Assembly: GCA_016207645.1 (NCBI GenBank)
Contig: JACQPH010000067.1
Coordinates: 4,365 to 68,364 of the forward strand
Direction: 5' to 3'
Length of the DNA stretch: 64,000 bases
From: Elusimicrobiota bacterium
GTDB lineage: Bacteria; Elusimicrobiota; Elusimicrobia; Elusimicrobiales; UBA9959
Positions 27,493-37,021 of the stretch are shown here, one piece after another. The number at the start of each line of letters is the position of its first letter. The first letter of the stretch is position 1. The notes beneath the pieces are model-generated. The model saw only the letters and a program-made list of their open reading frames with translations. It was not told the DNA's origin and made no database searches. The position numbers and the translations under genes are program-made.

Positions 27493-29817
27493 TTATACTA
27501 AAGCTGAGAGGACGGCCTTCTCTACCAGGGCCTTTACGAGCTGCACCTTGAAACGGTTCTTCGCGAGCGGGCGCGCCTCTTTTACGGCGAGCTCGGCGGC
27601 CGCCGCGGCCGTCTTTTCTCCGGGAGGCTTCCCTTCCAGGTATTCCTCCACCGCCTTCAGCCTGAACGGGATCGGGGCCACGGCGCTCAGCACCAGTCTC
27701 GCGTCCCGGATCTTGCCTCCTGCCGGGTTGAAAACCCCGGCCAGGCCGGCTATCGGGAAATCTATGGAGTTCCGGATCCTGAACTTATGATAGCCCTGCC
27801 TGCTGCCGGACCTCTGCGCCGGCACCCGGATTTCCTCCACCAGTTCGTCCCGGTCCAGCACGGTGCACCGCAGCGCTCCGGCGGTGAAGAACTCGCCGGC
27901 CGGTATGGTCCGCTTCGTGGTTTTCACGCTCGCGCCGAGCGCCTCCAGCGCGGGCGCCAGGTCCGAGGCGTTCACGGCGACGCAGCTGCAATCCATGCAG
28001 CGCTCCGCCTCGTCGGCCAGGCCTTCCGGGGTGAAACCCCGGCTTTCGGAATGCCAGGTCCGCGCGCAATGCGCGGCGCAAGCGGAATTCAGCGGGAGGA
28101 GCGGGCTGACGGCGGCGTGGACTTTCTTCGCGGGGCGCTTCCGCTCCCCGGACAAATACGCCCCTATCGCCAGCGCGGCCCTGCGCCCGGCGGCGATAGC
28201 GTGGATCACCGAGGCCGGGCCGCTGACCGCGTCCCCCCCGGCGAAAACGCCGGGCAGGTTCGTGGCCTGGGTGGCTTCATCAGCGGCGAGCAGGCCCCGC
28301 CGCGTCCCGACACCGTAGGCGTAGCCGAGTTCTGCAGCCTGCCCTACGGCCAGGATCACCTGGTCGGCTTTCAATGCCCGACGGCGCGAACCGTCGAAGA
28401 CCGGGTTAAAGCGGCCTTCCGCGTCCAGGACGGAAGCGCAGGCGGTAAATTCCATTCCTTTGACCTTCCCGCCGGTCTCGAGGACCCTCTGCGGGCCCCA
28501 GCCGGCCAGGATGCGCACGCCCGCCTTCACCGCCTCGGCTAGCTCCGCCGGGAAAGCGGGCATGGCGTCCCTGGCCTCGAGACAGACCATGGTCACTTTC
28601 CCCGCGCCGGCGCGGCGGGCGGTGACGGCCACGTCCACCGCCACATTCCCGCCGCCTATCACCAGCACGTTCCGCCCGACGGAGGGCTTGCTCTCCGTCA
28701 GGAAAGCCATGCCCGAAGTGAGGAGTTCCTCTTTCTCCAGGCGGATATGCTTTTGCGCCCAGGCGCCGGTAGCCAGGAACACGCCGTCATAAGCCTTGCG
28801 CAGCGCGCGCAGCGAGGTCCCTATTCCGCCTATTTCCGCGTTGAGCTTGAATACTATCCCCATCGCTTCCAGCGCCGCCACCTGGACGGCCACCAGTTTC
28901 CGCGGGAGCCGGCAAGCCGGGATGGCGTAAGCCAGCATCCCCCCGGCTCGGGGCAGCCTTTCGAAGACCGTGACCTGGTGGCCGGCCGTCCTGAGGTAAT
29001 AGGCCGCGGCCAGGCCGGCCGGGCCGGAGCCGACCACCGCGATCTTTTTCCTGCCCTGCTTCGCCGGCGGCCGCATGAGTTCGGACGCGTGCCTGAGAAC
29101 ATAGTTCCCGACGAACTGTTCCATGGCGCGGATAGAGACCGCTTCGTCGTATGCGCCGCGGTTGCACTTGCTTTCGCACAAATGCGGGCAGACCCGGCCG
29201 GTCAGGGCCGGGAGCGGGTTGTTAGCCAGGATGCCGGCCGCGGCGCCGTTCAGGTCGCCCTTTCTCACCTTGCCCAGGTAGTCGGCTATCTCGACGTTCC
29301 CCGGGCAGGCCGCGGTGCAGGCCGGCGGGGACACGCGCACGCCGCCGAATACGGAATGGTAGCGGTTCTCGCCCGGCAGCGCGCCGCAATGCGTGCCGCC
29401 CTTCCGCAGACAATGGAACCGGTCGTCCGGGCTGCGGTAATACCAGCACCGGGGCTCCTGGCAGAGATTCCCGGCGACAGTACCCATGTTCCTGAGCTGC
29501 GGGGAAGCCACGCTGCGCGCCGCCTCCGCCAGGACCTTGTATTTTTCGGCTACGGCCCTGTGCGCGGCCAGCTCGCGCAGCGGCGTCAGCGCGCCGATGC
29601 GCAGCCCGCTTATGTCCTCGGAGATATAGCTCAGGCCGGGAATGGTTTTAAGGTCCACCACCAGTCCGGGGCTCTCTTCGTGGATCTTGTCCTTGAGCGC
29701 GCCCAGCGCGTCGGTGCCGCCCGCTACGGCCAGGACCCGGCCTTCTGCCGCCGCTATGACCGCCGCCGCCTCTTTGAGCGACGTCGCGGACGCGTGTTCG
29801 AATTTTTTCATCGCCAT
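27493..29817 (-). CDS. Molybdopterin-dehydrogenase FAD-binding subunit with an inserted GltD/YgfK-like Fe-S + NAD(P)H flavoprotein module
   Basis: N-terminal FAD_binding_5 pattern (AGGTDALGALK ... RNMGTVAGNLCQEPRCWYY). Then NPLPALTGRVCPHLCESKC, KIAVVGSGPAGLAAAYYL, VLVIGGGNVAVDVA and GVFAGGDAV (glutamate-synthase small-subunit-like). Then the FAD subunit resumes (CVAVNASDLAPALEALGA ... CO-dehydrogenase flavoprotein C-terminal-like). Confidence 0.8.
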   Translation of the reverse strand: MAMKKFEHASATSLKEAAAVIAAAEGRVLAVAGGTDALGALKDKIHEESPGLVVDLKTIPGLSYISEDISGLRIGALTPLRELAAHRAVAEKYKVLAEAARSVASPQLRNMGTVAGNLCQEPRCWYYRSPDDRFHCLRKGGTHCGALPGENRYHSVFGGVRVSPPACTAACPGNVEIADYLGKVRKGDLNGAAAGILANNPLPALTGRVCPHLCESKCNRGAYDEAVSIRAMEQFVGNYVLRHASELMRPPAKQGRKKIAVVGSGPAGLAAAYYLRTAGHQVTVFERLPRAGGMLAYAIPACRLPRKLVAVQVAALEAMGIVFKLNAEIGGIGTSLRALRKAYDGVFLATGAWAQKHIRLEKEELLTSGMAFLTESKPSVGRNVLVIGGGNVAVDVAVTARRAGAGKVTMVCLEARDAMPAFPAELAEAVKAGVRILAGWGPQRVLETGGKVKGMEFTACASVLDAEGRFNPVFDGSRRRALKADQVILAVGQAAELGYAYGVGTRRGLLAADEATQATNLPGVFAGGDAVSGPASVIHAIAAGRRAALAIGAYLSGERKRPAKKVHAAVSPLLPLNSACAAHCARTWHSESRGFTPEGLADEAERCMDCSCVAVNASDLAPALEALGASVKTTKRTIPAGEFFTAGALRCTVLDRDELVEEIRVPAQRSGSRQGYHKFRIRNSIDFPIAGLAGVFNPAGGKIRDARLVLSAVAPIPFRLKAVEEYLEGKPPGEKTAAAAAELAVKEARPLAKNRFKVQLVKALVEKAVLSALV

Positions 29818-29818
29818 A

Positions 29819-32245
29819 TTATGCCTTCCCTAAAGCTTTCAGGACCTTCTCGGGCTTCACCGGTATCTCGTCTATCCTTACGCCTATGGCGTTGTATATC
29901 GCGTTGAGCACCGCGCGCGGGGTGCAGGTGACCGTGCCTTCGCCAATGCCGCAGGCGCCGTATTCCCCGGCCCCCCTCCAGACTTCCAGCAGCGCCGGGT
30001 CTATCTCCGGCATATCGGCCATGGTCGGGATCTTGTAATCCAGCCAGTTGAAGTTGAGCGGGACGCCGGTGATCTCGTCGTAGATTATCTCCTCGGTAAG
30101 GGCCTCGCCGACGCCTGTCACCTGGCCGCCGATCTGCTGGGCCTCGGCGCCGGAAGCGTACATCACGGTGCCGCAGTCGTTGAGCACCACCAGTTTAAGC
30201 ACCTGTACCCGGCCCGTGGCGGTATCCACTTCCACCTCGGCGAAATTGGCGATATACGGAACGCCTGTCCTTTCGGCGTTGGGCTCCCTGCCCATTTCTA
30301 CTACTACCGGGAGCATATCCCCCTTCATAAAAACATCCTTGACCGCCATGCTCTTGCCCGGGGCGGCCTTGCGGAACACCCGCCCGTCGAGGATATCCAG
30401 GTCTTCCGGTTTCGCTTTCAGCAGTCCGGTCGCTTTTTCCAGGATCAGCTTCTTCACTTCCAGTGCGGCCCGGGCGACCACTTCGGACTGCAGATAGGAA
30501 ACGGCGCTGTCGGTCTGCACGCAATCCTTCAGGCTGGTCTCGGTATCTACGGTGTGAGGCCAGACTATGTCTTCGGCGCTGATGCCGAGGAAAGCCAGCG
30601 CTTCGGCGCAGCCCAGCACATTGCAGGTGTTGGAGCCGGTGCCGGTCTCCACCGTGGGCGCGTCCAGCACGACGCTGCAGTCAGGGTTCACGGTCAGCCT
30701 GATGCGTATCTCTCCCCGGCGCGCCTCCTGCCACTCGGCGTGCCAGGCGGGATGGAAAGAGAAACCCACGCCGCGCTTTTTGGTCCTGTCGAAGACCGGG
30801 CCTTTGCCCGGTTTGTGGCGCTTTTCCTTCCAGCCTATCCTTTTCGCCCCCTCGCCCAGCACTACGGTCAGGCTCTTGTCGGGCAGGCCGCCCCATTCGT
30901 GGCCGAAGTTCTTCAGCGCCAGGTCTATGGGGTCCATGCCCAGCTTCTCGGCGAGCATGTCCACGACGTGCCCGAAGATCAGGTTGAACTGCGAGTTCCC
31001 CACCCCGCGCATCATGCAGGCCGGCAGCTTGTTGGTATAGACGCCGTAGGTTTCCATCCTTACGTTGGGGATATGCGCCAGCGCCACCTCGGTGATCTCG
31101 GTCGGCGCGAACTTCATGGCGAACATGGTATGGTCGGCGTAAGCCCCGGAATTCCCGATGCCTTTGAAATACATCGACGTGATGGTGCCGTCTTTTTTGG
31201 CGCCGACCTTGCCGGTATAAATGGCGGGCTGGCGGGAGTCGTGGAAGCTTTCCCGGCGGCTGTGCCTGAACTTCACCGGCCTGCCGCTCTTTTTCGAGAG
31301 CAGCGCGGTGAAAAGGAAGAAAGGCTGGTCCCCGGTGTCCCCGCGGCCGAACTGGCCGCCGACATAGGAGCTGATGACGCGGACCTTATTGAGGGGCAGG
31401 CCCAGCATCTGGCTGATATGCATCCTGCTCTGGTCGGCTTCGTAGGAATTGGACAGCACGGTGAGCTTGTCGCTCTTCCAGTCCACCAGGCAGCACCAGT
31501 TGTCCAGCGAGGACTGCGTGGCGTTATGGTGAACCGACTTCGCTTCGACCACGGCGTCCGCCTCCGCGAAGCCTTTCTCGGCGTTCCCTTTGTCCACGAA
31601 AATATCCGCCCCGCCGACCGGGTCTTTGGGCAGGATATTGCGCGGGGCTATCTCCGGATGGATGACCGGCGCTCCTGGCTTCATAGCCTCGATGGGATCA
31701 AGAACAAAGGGGAGTACTTCCCATTCCACCTTAATGAGCCTGAGGGCTTCCTCGGCTATCTGCTCTGTTTCGGCCGCGACTACCGCGCCCACTTCGTCGG
31801 TGGCCCAGCAGGCGTGGTCGCCCAGCACGCGCCGGTCGCGGAAATGCCGCCACATCATGCGGTCGTAGGAAACGGTATCCACGCCGTCGGTCCAGCCGGC
31901 GCTGGTGGGCTTCAGCGAAGAGACTTCGGGGTCTTTGCAGGTGAGCACGGCTTTCACTCCGGGGAGCTGTTCGGCTTTGGAGGCGTCTAGGCTTTTGATG
32001 CGCGCGTGGGCGTAGGGGCTGCGCAGCACCTTGGCGTACAGCATGCCGGGGAAACGGCTTTTCAGCGTAATATCGTCGACGAACTGCACTTTGCCGGAAG
32101 CCTTCTCGATGGCGTCGATGCGGGGGCGGTAAGCGCCGATGAACTTCCGGGGGACGCGCGGGGTGTAAGGGCGGGGCGGGGTCACCCCACCACCTCCTTG
32201 CCCGCGGGAAGCGGGCCTTCGGCCCGAAGGGGGTGGTGGGGTCAT
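29819..32245 (-). CDS. Xanthine dehydrogenase-family molybdopterin-binding subunit
   Basis: Aldehyde oxidase/xanthine dehydrogenase a/b-hammerhead and Mo-binding patterns throughout. ATG 32245 overlaps the 2Fe-2S gene stop (ATGA). An alternative GTG at 32185 has AAGGAGG upstream. Confidence 0.85.
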   Translation of the reverse strand: MTPPPPSGRRPASRGQGGGGVTPPRPYTPRVPRKFIGAYRPRIDAIEKASGKVQFVDDITLKSRFPGMLYAKVLRSPYAHARIKSLDASKAEQLPGVKAVLTCKDPEVSSLKPTSAGWTDGVDTVSYDRMMWRHFRDRRVLGDHACWATDEVGAVVAAETEQIAEEALRLIKVEWEVLPFVLDPIEAMKPGAPVIHPEIAPRNILPKDPVGGADIFVDKGNAEKGFAEADAVVEAKSVHHNATQSSLDNWCCLVDWKSDKLTVLSNSYEADQSRMHISQMLGLPLNKVRVISSYVGGQFGRGDTGDQPFFLFTALLSKKSGRPVKFRHSRRESFHDSRQPAIYTGKVGAKKDGTITSMYFKGIGNSGAYADHTMFAMKFAPTEITEVALAHIPNVRMETYGVYTNKLPACMMRGVGNSQFNLIFGHVVDMLAEKLGMDPIDLALKNFGHEWGGLPDKSLTVVLGEGAKRIGWKEKRHKPGKGPVFDRTKKRGVGFSFHPAWHAEWQEARRGEIRIRLTVNPDCSVVLDAPTVETGTGSNTCNVLGCAEALAFLGISAEDIVWPHTVDTETSLKDCVQTDSAVSYLQSEVVARAALEVKKLILEKATGLLKAKPEDLDILDGRVFRKAAPGKSMAVKDVFMKGDMLPVVVEMGREPNAERTGVPYIANFAEVEVDTATGRVQVLKLVVLNDCGTVMYASGAEAQQIGGQVTGVGEALTEEIIYDEITGVPLNFNWLDYKIPTMADMPEIDPALLEVWRGAGEYGACGIGEGTVTCTPRAVLNAIYNAIGVRIDEIPVKPEKVLKALGKA
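32185..32245 (-). other. Structured 60-nt palindromic element at the 2Fe-2S / Mo-subunit junction
   Basis: On the coding strand, ACCCCACCACC ... GGTGGTGGGGT forms an 11-bp inverted repeat enclosing the CCTTCGG-GC-CCGAAGG hairpin. The 3' arm abuts the AAGGAGG SD and GTG 32185. Confidence 0.4.
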
Positions 32246-32784
32246 TTCTTTTCTCCTTCCGGAACGGTATCTTCCGAGGCGTGCTGCACGGCCCGCGCTA
32301 TCCCGGCATAGCAGCCGCAGCGACAGATATTCCCGGAGAGGCCTTCTTTTATCTCGGCCAACGTGGGTTTGGGATTTTCGTTCAGCAGGCCTTTGGCGGT
32401 CATCACGAAGCCGGGGGTGCAGAAGCCGCACTGGAGGGCGGTGCCGTAGCCGGGCTCGCACTGGTCGGCGAAGGCCCGGATGACGGGGTCGTCTTCGGGC
32501 AGGCCTTCTATGGTCAGTATTTCATGTCCGTCGGCCTGCACGGCGAGTTTCATGCAGGAGAGTACCGCCCTGCCGTCCAGCAGCACGGTGCAGGCGCCGC
32601 AGGCGCCCTCGTCGCAGGAGACCTTGAGGCCGGTATAGCCGAGTTTTTCGCGGAGCAGGAAGGAAAGGGTGGTTTCCGGCTCCAGGTCGCGGCCCCGCTC
32701 GAATTCATGCCAGGCGCCGTTGACCATTATTCTTACCGGCGGCTTTTTCACCTCGCGCGGTCGCTTTACGTTTTTTTTCGCCAT
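32242..32784 (-). CDS. [2Fe-2S]-binding small subunit of the molybdenum hydroxylase
   Basis: CDEGACGACTV and CGFCTPG ... CRCGCY cysteine motifs of the two 2Fe-2S domains. Confidence 0.9.
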   Translation of the reverse strand: MAKKNVKRPREVKKPPVRIMVNGAWHEFERGRDLEPETTLSFLLREKLGYTGLKVSCDEGACGACTVLLDGRAVLSCMKLAVQADGHEILTIEGLPEDDPVIRAFADQCEPGYGTALQCGFCTPGFVMTAKGLLNENPKPTLAEIKEGLSGNICRCGCYAGIARAVQHASEDTVPEGEKK

Positions 32785-32799
32785 GATTACCCCCCGAAC

Positions 32800-34362
32800 T
32801 TAGATCTTTCCGCCGGCCAGGATGCCTTTTGCGAGCAAACTCAGAATTCCCTGGCCGCTTTTATAAGGCTCGCCTTTCAGAAGAAGCTGTTCGACTTTCA
32901 GTTGTAAAAGTTCGGCCGGCTTCAGCGCCAGCGGGTTCCGGTCCAGTATGACCATATCGGCGATCTTCCCGGCTTCGAGGCTGCCGCGCTCTTTCTCGTC
33001 GAAAGACGCCCAGGCCGCGTTATAGGTGAACAGCTTCAGCGCCTCCGCTATGGTCAGGGATTGGCCGGGCACAAAATGATTACAGGCGGCGTGTATGCCG
33101 GCTATCGGGTCCGGCAGGGTGCAGGGAGCGTCGGAGCCGCCGCTCAGCACAATGCCCATTTCGGTCATCCGCTTCAACGGCGAGAGTTCCCCGGCCCGCT
33201 CTCCGAGGATGGAGCGGAGATATTCCACCGGCTCCAGCTCCCAGACCAGGAAGGAAGGCTGTAGCGGGACCTGGATGCCGAGCCCGGCGCATTTCCGCAG
33301 CCCTTCCTCCGTCGGCAGGCAGGCGTGGATGATGCCGTGGCGGTGGTCCGCCCTCGGGAAGTCCTTCAGGGCGGCCTCCAGGGCCAGGACGGCCTGGTCG
33401 AAGGCCGCGTCGCCGATGGCGTGCATCTCTATCTGGAGGCCGGCGCGGTTGGCTTCCTTGGCGAACTTCACTACCTGTTCGTCGCTGTAGAACAGAACGC
33501 CCCTGTTGGAGGGCTCATTGGTATAAGGCAGGTGCAGCGCCGCGTCCCGGCTGCCGAGGCCGCCGTCCAGGGCCGTGGCGAAACAGCCTCCCACGCGGGG
33601 CAGGTTCCGCCTTCTCACTTTACCGAGGTCCATGGTCTGGAAGAAAAGCCGCGTCTGGAAGCCGCTGTTGAGCCCCCTGCCGAGCAGCGTTTCCAGCGTG
33701 ACGTCGAGGTCGAAGGGAAAGCCAACGCCGGAGACGGTATGCATCAGCCCTATCCCTTTCAGCGCCAGTTCGTCCACGGCGGTCAGCATATTCCGCAGAG
33801 TGCGCGGCAGGGATATTTTTTTAGTTACAAGATCGGTGACGGCGAAAAAGGCTTCCTGGTTCATTTCGCCGGTGTCGCCGTGGAAACCGCGCAGGCTCTT
33901 TATCCCGGCCGGCAGCAGGGCTATCATGCGACTGTTCAGGACGCAGGCGTGTCCGTCGTATTTTACCAGGTAGAGCGGCCTGTCGGGGCAGGCGCCGTCC
34001 AGTTCCTCCCTCGAGATCAGGCGGCGTTCCGCCACGCCGTGCGGCGAGACCCCGAACCCCATCAGGATGCCGTCCCGGCTTCCGGCGGCGAATTTCATTA
34101 GCCGCAGGCGCAGCTCGCGCAGGGTCCGCGCCGACCGCACGTCCAGCCCGGAATTGAAGAGGGCATAGGAAGCGAAGTGCAGGTGGCTGTCGCCGAAACA
34201 CGGGAGCAGCGCCCGCTCCCCGAGGGCTGTCTGCGGCGCGCCTTTATAGGCCGCCGGAAGCTCCGCCCCGGCGTAAACGATCCGGCCCTTGTCTTCCACA
34301 AGGTATTTATGAACGCGGTTCTCCCGGTCGCAGGAAATAATAGTGCCGTTATAGATCTTCAT
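32800..34362 (-). CDS. Amidohydrolase-family metal-dependent hydrolase (YtcJ-like)
   Basis: FGDSHLHF metal-binding motif, HAIGDAA, GGSDAP. 520 aa. First gene of the Mo-hydroxylase operon. Confidence 0.8.
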   Translation of the reverse strand: MKIYNGTIISCDRENRVHKYLVEDKGRIVYAGAELPAAYKGAPQTALGERALLPCFGDSHLHFASYALFNSGLDVRSARTLRELRLRLMKFAAGSRDGILMGFGVSPHGVAERRLISREELDGACPDRPLYLVKYDGHACVLNSRMIALLPAGIKSLRGFHGDTGEMNQEAFFAVTDLVTKKISLPRTLRNMLTAVDELALKGIGLMHTVSGVGFPFDLDVTLETLLGRGLNSGFQTRLFFQTMDLGKVRRRNLPRVGGCFATALDGGLGSRDAALHLPYTNEPSNRGVLFYSDEQVVKFAKEANRAGLQIEMHAIGDAAFDQAVLALEAALKDFPRADHRHGIIHACLPTEEGLRKCAGLGIQVPLQPSFLVWELEPVEYLRSILGERAGELSPLKRMTEMGIVLSGGSDAPCTLPDPIAGIHAACNHFVPGQSLTIAEALKLFTYNAAWASFDEKERGSLEAGKIADMVILDRNPLALKPAELLQLKVEQLLLKGEPYKSGQGILSLLAKGILAGGKI

Positions 34363-34467
34363 CGGTAGCGCGGAGGTTTCCCCCCGTAAACTCTACCAGT
34401 TTTGCCCGCCGGTTTCCAGAGCGGGATTTATGATAGAATTACCGTATAAGTCCAAGGTGAAACGGTT

Positions 34468-34878
34468 ATGGCGAAAATACTGATAGTGGAAGACGAAATA
34501 TCCATCTCGGAGATGCTGAAGACCTGCCTGGAAAAGCAGGGCTATATGGTCATCACGGCCGAGAACGGCGCGAAGGCGTTGAACTGGGTAAAAGAAGTTA
34601 AACTGGACCTGGCCATAGTGGACCTGGGCCTCCCGGACATAAACGGTCTCGAAGTCTGCGCGGCTATCAAGGACGATCCCCGGACCAGTTGCATCCCCAT
34701 AATGATCCTCACCGGCAACCTCAGCAACGAGGCCCGGATAAAAGGCAACCTCGAAGCCAAAGCCGACCTCTACCTGAACAAGCCTATAGAGCTGGCCGAC
34801 CTCAGGGCGGCGGTCGGCACGTTAATAGGTAGAGCGGAAAAAAAGAAGCTGCTGCTCAGGAACGTTTATAAGAACTGA
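34468..34878 (+). CDS. Single-domain response regulator (receiver only)
   Basis: CheY-like pattern: ILIVEDE, phospho-acceptor context LAIVDLGLPD, ILTG, NKP. Confidence 0.85.
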   Translation: MAKILIVEDEISISEMLKTCLEKQGYMVITAENGAKALNWVKEVKLDLAIVDLGLPDINGLEVCAAIKDDPRTSCIPIMILTGNLSNEARIKGNLEAKADLYLNKPIELADLRAAVGTLIGRAEKKKLLLRNVYKN

Positions 34879-34897
34879 AGCGAGCCGCTGTCCGGTT

Positions 34898-34932
34898 AAA
34901 GACCCTGGCGGAGACACCAGGGTCTTTTTATT
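34898..34932 (+). terminator. Intrinsic terminator after the response regulator gene
   Basis: AAAGACCCTGG - CGGAGACA - CCAGGGTCTTT followed by a T-rich run. Confidence 0.7.
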
Positions 34933-35011
34933 TCACCTCCCCCCCCTTTTTCCACAGGTAATATATTATCTACAATCTGAATACTGTTTTCATAACGGAT
35001 GAGGTGACAAC

Positions 35012-36883
35012 ATGAAGGAATTGAACTGGCGGCTGCTGTTGCTCGGAGGTTTGTTGTGCGCGGTGGCCGCGGCCGCTACCCCTTACGTGACGCTGAAGCT
35101 CGGGCAGAGCGTGGACCTGACCATAGGCGGCATGTTCCTGGCCGCCTACGTGCTGGGCAAGCGCATGGAGGGCCAGGAGCTGGCCATCGAGCTCAATATC
35201 ATCCAGACCATGATAGGCCTCGTGTCCAGCATCGCCTTCATGGTGGTCATCCTCTCGGCATTCTTCTATATCCAGAACGTCTTCGGCCGCGACATCGGCT
35301 TCGACCTCACCACCTGGCAGATGTTCCTCTGGCTGCTCATCTCCGCCAACCTCGGCGTGTTCATGGGGATCTTCCCGAGAAGTTCCATCCTGAGGGACCA
35401 CTCCCTCCCCTGGCCGGCCAGCAAGGCCACCCTGAGCGTGGCGCAGACGCTGACCGACCCGAAGGCGACGCACACCACGAAGGCCAAGCGCGCCGTGCTG
35501 CTGCTCAGCACCGGCGGCGCGGGCTTCCTGACCTTCCTGCGCGACGGGCTGGGCGTCCTCTCGCCGATAGTCGGCAACCCGGCCCTGAACATCGCGCTGG
35601 GACCCGAGTTCGCGGCCTTCGGCATAGGCATGCTGGTGCCGCTCTCCGTGGGTCTCTCCGGCCTGCTCGGCACCTGGCTGGTCAGCGCCTTCGGCGAGAA
35701 GGTGGCTCAGTACTCCGCCCTCTCCGGCGTGGCCAGGGATAACTTCGATAGCTGCCTGAAGACCCTCAACTCCGTGGGCGGCCTGGACGGCGCGGCAAAG
35801 ACGCAGGCGATGGACTTCCTGAACGCCACCTGCGGCAAGGCCGCGGAGTTCACCGGCGCCTCCTCCCACTTCAAGTACGTGGTGCAGTGGATGATGTGGC
35901 CGGCCACGGCCATGATGATAGCCGCCGCGCTGACCAGCATTATCGTCCCGATAGTCCTCCATTTCCTGCACAAGGACAGGGTCAAGTTCGAGAAGCACGA
36001 GTTCAAGTCAATGGCCGACGAGGAGATACCGCTCTGGTGGACCGTGACGGGCATCAGCGTCAGCGTGGCGCTGCTGGTCTGGGTGACCAGCGCCTGGTTC
36101 AATATGCCCTGGACGCAGGTGCTGCTGGCGGTAGCCATACAGCCTGTCCTGATCATCGCCGGCCTGCGCGTGCTGGGTATCACCGGCTCCGGGCCGGTCT
36201 CGCTGATGGCCAACGCCACGCAGTTCCTGTTCGGCATCATCTGGCCGGCCCAGATCAGGTCCAACCTGACCGCAGCCTATGTCAGCGCCAACCCGCAGGC
36301 CACCTCGGAGAACGTCGTGCCGTCGTTCTGGGTGGCCCAGCGCCTGGGCGGCAAGTTCAAGACCCTGATCCTGGCCCAGCTGTTCGTGATCCCGATCGGC
36401 GCCCTGCTGACCCCCATGATGTTCAATATGCTGGAGCGAAGCTACGGCATAGGGCTCAACCCGGGCCAGCTCGCAGCCCCGACCGGCCTGAAGATCGCCA
36501 CGCTCGCCATAGTGATGGAGAAGGGCCTGTCGTACCTCCCGCACGGCGCGCTGCAGGCGTCCATCATCGCCATCTTCATCGGCGTCTTCTTCGAGCTGCT
36601 GCTCGCCTTCAAGAAGACCAACGAGAAGGGCCACGAGGTGAGCCGCTTCTGGTGGGTGCCGATACCGGCGGCGCTCGGCTTCGCGCTGATCCTGCCGCCC
36701 TCGCTGAACATCGGCATAGCGGTGGGCAGCGTGGCCGCGGCCGTCTGGGGCCGGCTCTCCACCGAGGAGGGCGGGTCGTTCAGCCTTTTCGCCACCCCCC
36801 TGGCCTCGGGCCTGGTCGCCGGCGAGGCGATGGTGGGCGCCATCCTGCTCCCCGCCCTGGCGGCCTTGATGGAACTGTTCTAA
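35012..36883 (+). CDS. OPT-family oligopeptide transporter
   Basis: 623 aa, many TM helices. LTIGGMFLAAYVLG, SLPWPASKAT and GEAMVGA are typical OPT motifs. Confidence 0.85.
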   Translation: MKELNWRLLLLGGLLCAVAAAATPYVTLKLGQSVDLTIGGMFLAAYVLGKRMEGQELAIELNIIQTMIGLVSSIAFMVVILSAFFYIQNVFGRDIGFDLTTWQMFLWLLISANLGVFMGIFPRSSILRDHSLPWPASKATLSVAQTLTDPKATHTTKAKRAVLLLSTGGAGFLTFLRDGLGVLSPIVGNPALNIALGPEFAAFGIGMLVPLSVGLSGLLGTWLVSAFGEKVAQYSALSGVARDNFDSCLKTLNSVGGLDGAAKTQAMDFLNATCGKAAEFTGASSHFKYVVQWMMWPATAMMIAAALTSIIVPIVLHFLHKDRVKFEKHEFKSMADEEIPLWWTVTGISVSVALLVWVTSAWFNMPWTQVLLAVAIQPVLIIAGLRVLGITGSGPVSLMANATQFLFGIIWPAQIRSNLTAAYVSANPQATSENVVPSFWVAQRLGGKFKTLILAQLFVIPIGALLTPMMFNMLERSYGIGLNPGQLAAPTGLKIATLAIVMEKGLSYLPHGALQASIIAIFIGVFFELLLAFKKTNEKGHEVSRFWWVPIPAALGFALILPPSLNIGIAVGSVAAAVWGRLSTEEGGSFSLFATPLASGLVAGEAMVGAILLPALAALMELF

Positions 36884-36903
36884 AGGCCGCGGCGCTAAAA
36901 GCG

Positions 36904-36939
36904 GAAATCCCCGATCTCTCATCGGGGATTTCTGCTTTT
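36904..36939 (+). terminator. Intrinsic terminator after the OPT gene
   Basis: GAAATCCCCGAT - CTCTC - ATCGGGGATTTC followed by TGCTTTT. Confidence 0.7.
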
Positions 36940-37021
36940 CCGCACTTACAGAAAATAGCTTTAAGTGGCTTTCTGTCATTGAAGCCCTGCATCGCCAGCG
37001 CCGGCAGCGGTGCGCGAGAAG

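Noticed and set aside
32246-32461. 72-codon N-terminal extension of the Mo-subunit ORF
   Set aside because: It overlaps the 3' end of the 2Fe-2S subunit gene in another frame and is Arg-rich nonsense. ATG 32245 gives a clean ATGA stop/start junction.
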